NCBI GenBank assembly: GCA_044376115.1
Contig: JBILLK010000011.1
Span: 192,001-256,000, forward strand
Reading direction: 5' to 3'
DNA: 64,000 bases
Origin: Polyangiaceae bacterium
GTDB lineage: Bacteria; Myxococcota_A; Polyangia; Polyangiales; Polyangiaceae
In this document: one piece after another, positions 55,301-64,000 of the stretch
Layout: each line of letters begins with the position of its first letter
Position numbering within the stretch: the first letter of the stretch is position 1
The notes under the pieces: generated by a model
What the model was told of the DNA's origin: nothing
Seen by the model: only the letters and a program-made list of their open reading frames with translations
Database searches by the model: none
Program-made: the position numbers and the translations under genes

Positions 55301-56333
55301 CGCTCGTTCGTTTCGAGGCGGAGGGCGATTTCGGGCTTGTAGCTGCAGCTTTCGGGCTCCGTGCAGGCTTGGTCGAGCGCGCAGGGTTGGGCTTGCCCAA
55401 GAGAGACGGCCTTAGCTCCTCGAGCTCTTCGAGCGACTTCGGCCAATCCTTACCGAGCAATCGCGACATCGAGCGGTCCGCTAACGGCTTGCCACCCGTT
55501 TGGCAGCCAGCGCAGTAGTTGGTCTCATTGTCGGCGTACACGATGCGAAGCACCAGCGCGCCACACGTGGGACATGGTTGCTTGTACTTACCGTGAACGC
55601 GCATCTCCTTGCGAAACGCCGTTACGTTCTCGGGGAAGCCGTCCTTGGCCTCGTTGCGCAACCGCTCGATCCACTCGTTCAGGATCGTCTGCGTGGCCAT
55701 GAATAACTGCTCCCACTCTGCCGCCGTCAGCTTGTTCGTTTGCTTGAGCGGGGACAACTTGGCGAGGTGGAGAATCTCATCGGAATAACCATTACCGATC
55801 CCACTCAAGATGGTTGGATCGGTGAGGGCCCGTTTCAGCGTGTGATTCTCTCGCGTAAGCACGCCTTTGAACTCGGCGGCGGTGCAGCTCAGTGGTTCGA
55901 GGCCGCCGCGGTTGAACGGCGCCAGCGGGTCGCTCCCGTCTGCGGTCCGTGTGGAAACGTAGTGCATCGACGCACGGCGTTTGGTTCCAGCCTCGGTCAA
56001 CAGCAGTGAGCCATTCGCAAAATCGAAAGCCGCAAGCCCCAACTTCTTGGGAATGGGTCCGCCCGCAGCGAGCAACTTGAAGCGACCCGCCACCATCAGG
56101 TGCACCACCAGCAGCGCGGCCTCAGGTTTTCCAGCGCCCTGCCCAAACGAGAACACCAAGCGCTTGCCCAGGCGCCGAACCCCAAGAAGCGGCCGGTCGA
56201 TCACATCCGAAATCGGGGGGATCGCCGTACGCAGCACGAAGGGACTTGCTAGCCGCAACTTCAGCAGTGTCTGACCGACGAACAAGCGCTCGATCTGCTC
56301 AACGTAGACGGCAATGTCAGGAAGCTCCGGCAC
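55284..56333 (-). CDS. Fpg/Nei family DNA glycosylase/AP lyase
   Basis: N-terminal PELPD, GKRL, HLMVAG, H2TH SGIGNGYSDEILH, CPTC..CAGCQ zinc finger; basic tail. Confidence 0.93.
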   Translation of the reverse strand: MPELPDIAVYVEQIERLFVGQTLLKLRLASPFVLRTAIPPISDVIDRPLLGVRRLGKRLVFSFGQGAGKPEAALLVVHLMVAGRFKLLAAGGPIPKKLGLAAFDFANGSLLLTEAGTKRRASMHYVSTRTADGSDPLAPFNRGGLEPLSCTAAEFKGVLTRENHTLKRALTDPTILSGIGNGYSDEILHLAKLSPLKQTNKLTAAEWEQLFMATQTILNEWIERLRNEAKDGFPENVTAFRKEMRVHGKYKQPCPTCGALVLRIVYADNETNYCAGCQTGGKPLADRSMSRLLGKDWPKSLEELEELRPSLLGKPNPARSTKPARSPKAAATSPKSPSASKRTSVKAPG

Positions 56334-56437
56334 TTCCTGAGGGAATCACAGGGCGGCTCGTATCCGCAACAGCGCGCCCCCCGAGCCTTCGTTTAGGTCG
56401 CTACCAAGAGCGCACCTTTGTGTAAGTTCTCTCGAAC

Positions 56438-57957
56438 ATGGCCACGTGTCCGGATTGTCTCAAACACCTCGAAGATGGCACCGAAACGTGCCCCGACGAC
56501 GGAGCGACGCTGGTTCCTGATGCGGTCATGGCGGAGCACGCCAAGAACGAGATCGCTCCCGGGGCGATGGTGGGCGAGTACAGGATTGAAGCCAAGATTG
56601 GTGAAGGCGGTTTCGGGTCGGTTTATCGCGCAGTGCATCCGCTCATCGGTAAACCGGTGGCGATCAAGCTGCTTTCGCGCGCCTACTCGGATAACCCGCA
56701 GATCGTTTCGCGGTTCATTTCGGAGGCTCGGGCGGTCAACCAGATCCGTCATAAGAACATCGTCGACATCTTCTCCTTCGGAGCTCTCGCCGACGGTCGG
56801 CAGTACTTCGTAATGGAGCTGCTTCAGGGCAGCCCGCTCGACGGCTCGCTCGAACAACGTGGCCACCTCGAGGTCGGCGAGCTCATGCCGGTCTTGCGCG
56901 GAGTGCTCAAGGCGCTCATCGCGGCCCACACGGCCGGGCTCGTCCATCGCGACCTAAAGCCGGAGAACGTCTTTCTATGTGTCGATGACGAGGGCGTGGT
57001 GACGCCCAAGCTCATCGACTTTGGGATTGCCAAGTTGCTGGGGGACGAGAGCGTCGAGCACAAGACGCGTACGGGCACGCCGATGGGCACGCCGTATTAC
57101 ATGTCGCCCGAACAATGCCGGGGAAAGAACGTCGACCACCGCACGGATCTGTACGCCATTGGAGCGATGATCCACGTGCTCCTTACTGGGCAAAAGCCCT
57201 TCACCGGGGATTCGGCGATGGACCTGCTCTACAAGCAGATGGCCGAGGCTCCTCCCAAGCTGTCCGATCACCGCCAAGGCTTGCCTCAGGCTCTTGAAGA
57301 CATCGTGTGACGCCTGCTGGCGAAGAAGCCAGAGGATCGCCTCAAACCGCTGCAGAGACGCTCGCGCTGCTGGAAGCTGCGATAGGCTCTGAGCGCGGCG
57401 AACTCTCTCTCTCGGCTGGTCGCAATAGCTCTCATGTAGCGGGGATTGGCGCAGCCAAGACCGAGCTCGTCTCGCAACTCGCTCCAGCGGCTCCCGCGGC
57501 AACCAACGCTTCTCTTTCGTCCGTTGAAGTCGAGCGGTCGCCAACGCCAAGCCGCTCCACGAGTCCGCTACTGCTAATAGGCGTCGGAGCTGGGGCTGTC
57601 GTGGCGATTGCGGCGGCCGCGTTCTTTGTCGGTGGAGCAGGGAAGTCGTCGGTCGGCTCGGAATCGGCTGCGCCCGGTGCCGCTACTGCTCAATCCGCTA
57701 CGGCTCAATCTACGCCATCGCCTACGGCGGAGAAGAGCGTCGTGGTCACGCCAGCTGTGACCAACTCCGCCTCCGCCTCGACGTCTGCTGCTGTGGATCG
57801 CCCTAGCCCAACGCCGCTCGTGACAGCCAGCCCCACGGCTCGTCCCACCGCTGTGGTCACCCAGGCGCCGACCTCGCCCGACCCGGCCGCGACCGCGAAG
57901 CCCACGACTCCCAAACCTGTAGCGACGTTCAATCCCAACGAGGTGATCTTCGAATGA
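56438..57957 (+). pseudogene. Membrane Ser/Thr kinase interrupted by in-frame TGA (57308-57310) and a frameshift near 57340
   Basis: GEGGFG, HRDLKPEN, DFG, GTPYYMSPEQ; reads EDIV*RLLAKKPEDR, then PQTAAE in another frame, then TM and Pro/Thr linker; may be a sequencing error. Confidence 0.8.
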
Positions 57958-60583
57958 GGCATCCTCTTATTGTCACGCTTACGTTATCCTTCGCGGTCGG
58001 CTGCGAGAGCCTGCCCGAGTTGGCTCGTGACGTTTGCGGTAATCACGTCATCGAGAAGAATGAAGACTGCGATGGCGCAGGCATCGGCGAGAACACGTGC
58101 AACGAGAGTTGCCGGCTTACCTGCACCGCAGACCTCGAATGCCCGGAAGGCTGGGGCTGCGGCGTGGACGAGCTGTGTCGGCAGCCGAGCGGTTACGTCG
58201 AGTTCTTTGGCGGAGCGCTGGCGCTGCCAGCCGACTCCCTCTCGTTGGCTGACTTCGACGGGGACGGCCGTAGCGACGTGCTCGCCTCGCAGGACTCCAC
58301 ACTGACGCTCGCCTACGTGGATTCGGGCGGCCTGTTGCCGAACACCCGGAGTCTCTCGTTCGAGCCGATCGATGAATTCCCCGATCTCGCCGGTTTTGGC
58401 GACTTGAACGACGACGGTACGGCCGACTTGGCGGTCCGCGTGGGCGAAGGGGTCGGGGTTCTGCAGGGTTCGGCCGAGAAGTCGCTGCTCCCCTATCCGT
58501 TCTTGCGAGCCTTGCCAGAGGGCTATGAGTCGGGGGACCAGCTGCTCTTGGCCAACATTGATAAGCGCAGCGACGCTTTGGGAGACGAGCTACTCGCCAT
58601 TCGGTCCGATGGCCTTTATCTGCTTCAGACGCTGGCGGAGGACTTCCCGACGCTCCCCATCCGCCTGTTTGAGTGGAGCGGAAGTGCGGCCCCTTTCGTG
58701 ACCGTCGTACGCTCGGACGATACATTTCTACCGCAAGAAACATCCCTAGCAGGGGACGGGCTGCTCGTCGCTTTTCCAGGCGGGAACTTGGTCACCATGT
58801 TCGAGCCTTACGTCTTCGAGTACGACGTCATGACTAATCAGTCTACCATTTTCCCCAATTTTAGGGATACACCAGTAAGGCCCCCAAAGGTGGTGGCGCT
58901 GCCGGCTGGAGCTACTGTCAATGGCCCGGTGCTGACCGGTCACTTTAACTGGGACTTTGAGTATGGAGTTTTTGACCTCTTCATCCCGGGCGAGCTTGGC
59001 GGAGCGCCGGCGGAGTTTCTCAGCTTTGGCGCTGGTTTAGGCTTTAGCTCGACGCCGTATGAAAATAATACGGTGCTCGTTGATAACGCTGCTCGACGCT
59101 TCCTGCGCACAGTCGACGGTCAACCCCTCGAGTCGACCCCCTTCGCGATCGGTCAGTTTGACTTTGATACGATCAGCGACTTCGTCGACGCCGACGGCAT
59201 TGTCGCCTCGGGCTGCAATTTGCTGCTTGGGCCGTGCCGGATTGGCTACGCTCTCGGCCCTGATGACCCGCTGACGGCTGACTACTTTACTGTCGCGCTT
59301 CCGGAAGGCCTGGACGGCTGGACTGGGGCCTATGTGCTCGTGCGCGATACCTCCGTCCTTCAACGGTGCTCACCACCTCGCCCAAGTCTGGTTTTACCTT
59401 CTTCCGCCGAGGAGATGACGGCTTCGCTAAGTTCCAGTTCTCCACCGTCAGCCCGGTAACCAACGTGGACTTTGGCGACTTCAATGGGGACGGCGCGCGC
59501 GACTTGGTATTCGCGCAGGTCTCGACGCGGGCCACCCCCGAAGACCCTACGCTTCAATCATTGGCGATCTCTTACGGAGATGCGCTGGGTCTGCCTACCG
59601 CCCCGGTCGACTTGGGCGACGTCGGGACGGTGGAGCAAGTCGCGGCGGGCCGTCTCCCCGATCCAGGAGCGTTCCCCAACTCAGTAGACGACATTTTTGC
59701 GCGCACCGATGATCGCTACTACGTATTCCGCGGTAGCACCGACAAGACGGTTGTCTCGCCGCTCGAGCTGCCCCTCGTTTGCCCGGAAGAGAGCGCTCCT
59801 TTGGGTGCGGCGCGCGCATTAGCGATTGGCCACTTCGATGACCTCGAGGGAGCCGACATCGCAACCATCTACCAGGACATTAGCGAGCAAGGGGATTACC
59901 TGTGGGAACTCTGGTCCTACCAGCCCGTGTCCAATGACAGCGAGGAGATCTGCACTGTAAGCACCGGTCCAACGCTGATTGAAGATCCAGGCAGCGATGA
60001 GCTGCGCGTCCTCCCGTTGGATCTCGACGCGGATGGCTTCGACGAGCTGGTGATTCTGCCGGTCGGTGCCCCGCAGCTCTTCATCGCCCGTTGGGATGGT
60101 GGAGAGTGGCTTCTTGAAGTCGTGCCACTGGACGAGCCTGCGTATGGCATGGCGAAGCGCGATCTTGGCCTTCATCAAGCCCCGATCGAAGACCTTTTGG
60201 TTTGGTCGGAGGAATCGCTGAGCGTATTGATCAATGACGGCGTTGGCAGCTTCGCCGAGCCCCAGTCCGCGGTAATTGCCGGCTCCGATTGTTCGGTTCG
60301 CGCCAAGGGCGCAGTGGCTGGAGCGCCGAGTGGTGCAACGGCAATTCGGTTGAGCGGCGCTGTCGAACGGGACATCGTTGTAACAACGGCGGAAGACAGT
60401 CTGCTCGTTTCGGTCGACCCATTGACGGGTACGCCGTTCGTCGAGGCTTGTGTCACCGACGTGCTCGAGGGCGGAGGCACCGCCATCGGCGCCGGGGACT
60501 TCGATGGAGACGGTGTGGAGGATCTGGTCGTAGCTCGCCCAGGTGGAACGAGGCTCATTGCAGGGGTTCCGGTGGTCCGATGA
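57954..60583 (+). pseudogene. FG-GAP/VCBS repeat lipoprotein split by a probable frameshift near 59290-59366
   Basis: AVGC lipobox, CGNHVIE.NEDCD Cys-rich unit, ADFDGDGRSD, GDLNDDG, GDFNGDG, GDFDGDG; two overlapping ORFs, the second without signal peptide. Confidence 0.7.
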
Positions 60584-61974
60584 ATATGCGCCAAAGTTCA
60601 TTCTTGCTCGCTGGTCTCCTGGTTGCGGCTTTGCCGATGTCACCTGCGGCGGCGCAGGGCCGCCCTGCGGCCCCGCCAGCCAAAGGCGCTCCTGCGGCGG
60701 GCACCGCGAAGCCCGCCCCAGCTCCGGCTCCAACTCCGGCTCCAACTCCAGCTCCAACCACTGCGCCCGCTGCTCCTACGCCGGTCGAGCCAGCTCCCGT
60801 CGTTGCGGCTCCTCAAGCGAAGCCCCCCGGCGACGCGCGCGCCCTCTTCGAGGCTGGGCAGAGCTCCTACAAGATTGGCGACTTCAAAGCGGCGATCCAG
60901 GCGTTCGAGCAGGCCTATGTGATTGACCCGCGGCCTGCCTTGTTATTCTCCATCGGGCAGGCTCACAGGCGGCAATATGCAATCGACAATCGCGCTGGCC
61001 ACGTCGCAGTCGCCATCAAGTCGTTCAAGGATTACCTCGCTAAGGTAGAATCAGGCGGACGTCGCGCAGACGCGGCGCTAGCGCTCAATGAGCTACAGCC
61101 TTTGGCGCTCACCCTGGAGATTGAAGGCAAGCTTCAGCCGCTCGAGCCCGAAGAGCCTGAGACGCGGCTGGTGATCTCTTCCCCGTCGCAAGGAGCCGAG
61201 GTCGTTCTCGATGGCGGCACCGAGCGGAAGAGCCTCCCGCTCGCTGTGGTGCTCACGCCGGGGAGGCACAGCATCGTCATCAGCTCACCTGGCTACGTGG
61301 AGGAGAAGCGCGAGATTGAGGTGGCACGGGGAGCCGTGACAGCGCTGGATTTTCCACTGGAGCCGCTCAAAGCAACCGTCGCAGTAGACGGCCCTTCGGG
61401 CGCCGAGGTTACGGTGGACGGCCGCTCCTTAGGCTCGCTGCCGCTCGCTGCCCCGTTGCAGCTGGAGGCCGGGCCGCGGAGAATTCGCGTAGCGCTATCC
61501 GGTCACGAGAGTTACCTCGAGACGTTGGAGCTCGGGCGCGGGGAGTCGGCGAGCATCTCGGCCGGGCTCGAGTGAACGGGGCAACGCAAGCTCGCCGTCG
61601 GACTCTTGATCGGTGGCGGAGCGCTTTTTGCGGGTGGTGCCGCAACCGGTGCCATCGCGATCGTCAACCACCTGGAGGCTTCATCCATTCGATCGGATAT
61701 GGACGCAGGCCAGGTCGTATGTCGAACGGGGAGCTGTGAACCGCTCACCGACTACAACGCTTCTCTCGCTACCCGCGATACGTTGACGGTCGCTTCGAGC
61801 GTGCTGTTCGGCGCCTCGGTGTTGAGCTTGGGTGGCGGTTTGCTGCTCTACTCCTTGGATGGCCCGTCCCCCGAGCGCCCAGCGCCACCCGGCGCGGCCC
61901 CTACACAGGCAGAACCTGTCTCGCTCGAGGTAAGCGCTGGGTTCGGCGGTGCTCGGCTAACCGCGAGCTTCTAG
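60580..61974 (+). pseudogene. TPR + PEGA domain protein with in-frame TGA at 61573-61575
   Basis: Signal peptide, ARALFEAG..Y...AIQAFEQAY TPR, two GAEV..DG PEGA units; frame continues GLE*TGQRKLAVG to C-terminal ARLTASF. Confidence 0.8.
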
Positions 61975-61997
61975 CCACCGCGATGGCCCGATGAGCG

Positions 61998-62033
61998 GAG
62001 TGCGGCAAGGCCCCTGGTACCCATGCCGCACTC
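61998..62033. terminator. Hairpin between convergent genes
   Basis: GAGTGCGGCA/TGCCGCACTC 10-bp inverted repeat; no clear T tract. Confidence 0.5.
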
Positions 62034-62057
62034 GTCCTGCTCCCAATCAAGCCCTGA

Positions 62058-62441
62058 CTATTTGAAGCCGAGGCACTCGTAAGCCGTCATTGCGTCGGTC
62101 AGGCAGGGCGTGTCGGTGTCACACTGTTCCACCGTTAACGTCCCGGCGGCTTCGATGCAGTCAAACAGGACGGTTAGGTCCGCAGTGCAATCCGCCAACG
62201 TAGGCGCTTCTTCAAAGGTCGTTGTGCACGCGTCGGCGTCGTCCCAGCAGGCGTCAATCGCGGCGCAATAGGCTGCGATGTCCTCGGAGGATACGGTGCT
62301 GGCGCCACCGGTGCCGCCCGACCCGCCAGCCCCAGAACCCCCAGACCCGCCGGACCCGGCCGTCCCACCGGAACCTCCGCTATCGCCGCAACCAACCAGT
62401 AGCCCCGTAAGCGAAACAATGAAAATTGCGAATGAGCGCAT
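62058..62441 (-). CDS. Small acidic Cys-rich lipoprotein with Gly/Ser linker
   Basis: LVGC lipobox, GGSGG linker, 8 Cys with CX5C and CX9C spacing. Confidence 0.78.
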   Translation of the reverse strand: MRSFAIFIVSLTGLLVGCGDSGGSGGTAGSGGSGGSGAGGSGGTGGASTVSSEDIAAYCAAIDACWDDADACTTTFEEAPTLADCTADLTVLFDCIEAAGTLTVEQCDTDTPCLTDAMTAYECLGFK

Positions 62442-62548
62442 GCTGCAAGCCTAGCCATAACTTCAGGCTTGGGCATCTTCCTCACGTACCCAGCTCGAGC
62501 TTGGTGATCCAAGCAGCAACTTGGCGACGGATGGTCTAGCTTCCTCGT

Positions 62549-63895
62549 ATGGACGCAACCTCATTGGAGTCGCTCGAGATCGCGCTCCAAGCGAGCCCTG
62601 ACAATTCCGCTCTCCGCCTCGTGGTGGTGCGCGGATGGTTGAGCTTAGGGATGGGAGAGCGGGCTGGCCGAGTGGCCGCTGCCGCATCACCAGATTTGGC
62701 GATCGATGAGGCGGGGCAGCGGGATTTCGCTAGAGCCTTGGCGCTGGTTGAAAAGTGGCCGGCTGCGCTTGGGTATCTCAGTGGCACTGAGCCGGAGACG
62801 CTGCTCGAACGCTCGCGGGTGCTGCTCGCGCTCGAGCGCCGAACGGACGCAGCCGAGAGTTACCGCTTGGCTGTGCAGAAGAACCCCACGCTCGAAGATG
62901 AGAAGCTGGCAGCTCTCTTGCGTTCGCGTGAGCCCGAGGCGGTCAAAGCCAGGCCCGGGGCGCCGCGTCTTCGCGTGGTCGCTAATGATGATACCGATAA
63001 GAGCGCCGTCCAGAAGTTGGTCCAAGCTGAAGCCCCAAGGCTCGCGTTCAAGGACGTTGGCGGGCTTAGTGAAGTAAAATCGGAGATCCACCGACGTATC
63101 GTCCTCCCATTTCAGAAGCCTTCCTTGTTTGAACGCTTTCGAAAGCGAGCGGGAGGCGGCGTTCTTTTGTACGGGCCACCCGGGTGCGGCAAGACGTTGC
63201 TCGCTCGTGCAACGGCAGGCGAGTGCACGGCCACCTTCATGGCCGTGGCGATCAGCGACATCCTCGATATGTATATTGGGGAGTCCGAACGGAAGCTACA
63301 CGCCATCTTTGAAGAAGCGCGAAGGAAGCCCCCCGCAGTGCTCTTCTTCGATGAACTCGAAGCGCTTGCGGGGAAACGGAAGGCCTCGCGAGACGGCGTC
63401 GCAGCCAAGATCGTCAGTCAGTTTTTGTCGGAGATGGACGGCTTCGCGCAAAACAACAAGGGCGTTCTCATTCTCGGCGCAACCAACGTTCCGTGGGAGA
63501 TTGACGCGGCGTTTCGCAGGCCAGGCCGGTTTGATCGGGTGCTGTTCGTACCCCCGCCGGATCGCGAAGCACGTGCCGCGATCATCGACATCCTCCTGCG
63601 TGATAGGCCAGTAGCTGAGGTCGATCGCGAGGGGCTCTCCAACGTGACCACTGGGTTTTCGGGCGCTGATCTCGAGAACGTCGTCGAGACCGCAGCTGAC
63701 TTCGCGATTGAAGAGTCCATTCGACTGGGACAAGAGGTACCCATCCGCCAGGAGCACGTGCAGAAGGCTTTGGCGTCGGTACGGCCAACGACCACGGAGT
63801 GGCTTTCTTCGGCCAGAAATTTCGCTCGCTACGCCAATGAAGGTGGCCAGTACGATGAGGTCCTCGCCTTCCTGAAGAAGCATGGGAAGGCTTAG
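62549..63895 (+). CDS. AAA+ ATPase (CDC48/Vps4-like single module) with N-terminal TPR-like region
   Basis: FKDVGGL, GPPGCGKT, LFFDELE, GATNVPW, RRPGRFDR, GFSGADL. Confidence 0.93.
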   Translation: MDATSLESLEIALQASPDNSALRLVVVRGWLSLGMGERAGRVAAAASPDLAIDEAGQRDFARALALVEKWPAALGYLSGTEPETLLERSRVLLALERRTDAAESYRLAVQKNPTLEDEKLAALLRSREPEAVKARPGAPRLRVVANDDTDKSAVQKLVQAEAPRLAFKDVGGLSEVKSEIHRRIVLPFQKPSLFERFRKRAGGGVLLYGPPGCGKTLLARATAGECTATFMAVAISDILDMYIGESERKLHAIFEEARRKPPAVLFFDELEALAGKRKASRDGVAAKIVSQFLSEMDGFAQNNKGVLILGATNVPWEIDAAFRRPGRFDRVLFVPPPDREARAAIIDILLRDRPVAEVDREGLSNVTTGFSGADLENVVETAADFAIEESIRLGQEVPIRQEHVQKALASVRPTTTEWLSSARNFARYANEGGQYDEVLAFLKKHGKA

Positions 63896-63898
63896 GGC

Positions 63899-64000
63899 GT
63901 GGACCGGTTCTCGACCCGGCGGGTGCCTTATGCCATCCCCGATGAGCCTGCCCCGACGCTGTATCAGCGTTTTGTCGTAACGCCGACTGCCACTTTGCTC
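63899..64000 (+). CDS. Possible 5' end of a hypothetical protein downstream of the AAA ATPase
   Basis: GTG 3 nt after the ATPase stop; frame open to window end (..YAIPDEPAPTLYQRFVV..). Confidence 0.4.
   Translation, partial: MDRFSTRRVPYAIPDEPAPTLYQRFVVTPTATLL

Noticed and set aside
57307..57957. Independent 216-aa gene, and likewise the 61606-61974 ORF
   Set aside because: Each reads as the C-terminal continuation of the upstream interrupted gene
57308..61575. Genome-wide TGA reassignment (code 4/25) or selenocysteine as the cause of the in-frame TGAs
   Set aside because: TGA ends many intact genes here (kamD, metG, alaS) and Trp is coded by TGG; the positions are not catalytic Cys sites

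Overview
GC-rich, gene-dense bacterial chromosome segment. Gene content points to a myxobacterium, probably Polyangiales/Sorangium-like (inference from Hanks-type kinases, TPR-PEGA proteins, Cys-rich lipoproteins, TIGR04551-like barrels and a TSP3-OmpA protein). It holds about 53 CDS and one tRNA-Pro(TGG). Housekeeping and metabolic genes include kamD/kamE, metG, alaS, a speD-like gene, Fpg/Nei and a DHH phosphoesterase; many others encode envelope proteins. I found no CRISPR array, rRNA, transposase, integrase or prophage. I cannot show a clearly new system. The best candidates are: (1) a TraB-like OmpA gene divergent from two tandem TIGR04551-like barrels and a GH31 lipoprotein; (2) a translationally coupled kinase / FG-GAP lipoprotein / TPR-PEGA cassette with two in-frame TGA codons and two frameshifts; (3) structured RNA leaders before metG and before an RRM gene; (4) a tandem HARE-HTH protein with a degenerate Mrr-like domain; (5) an in-frame TAG near the start of a B12 radical SAM gene; (6) an SDR lacking its catalytic YxxxK. 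All family calls come from motif recognition by eye, with no database searches, and several start codons are my estimates.
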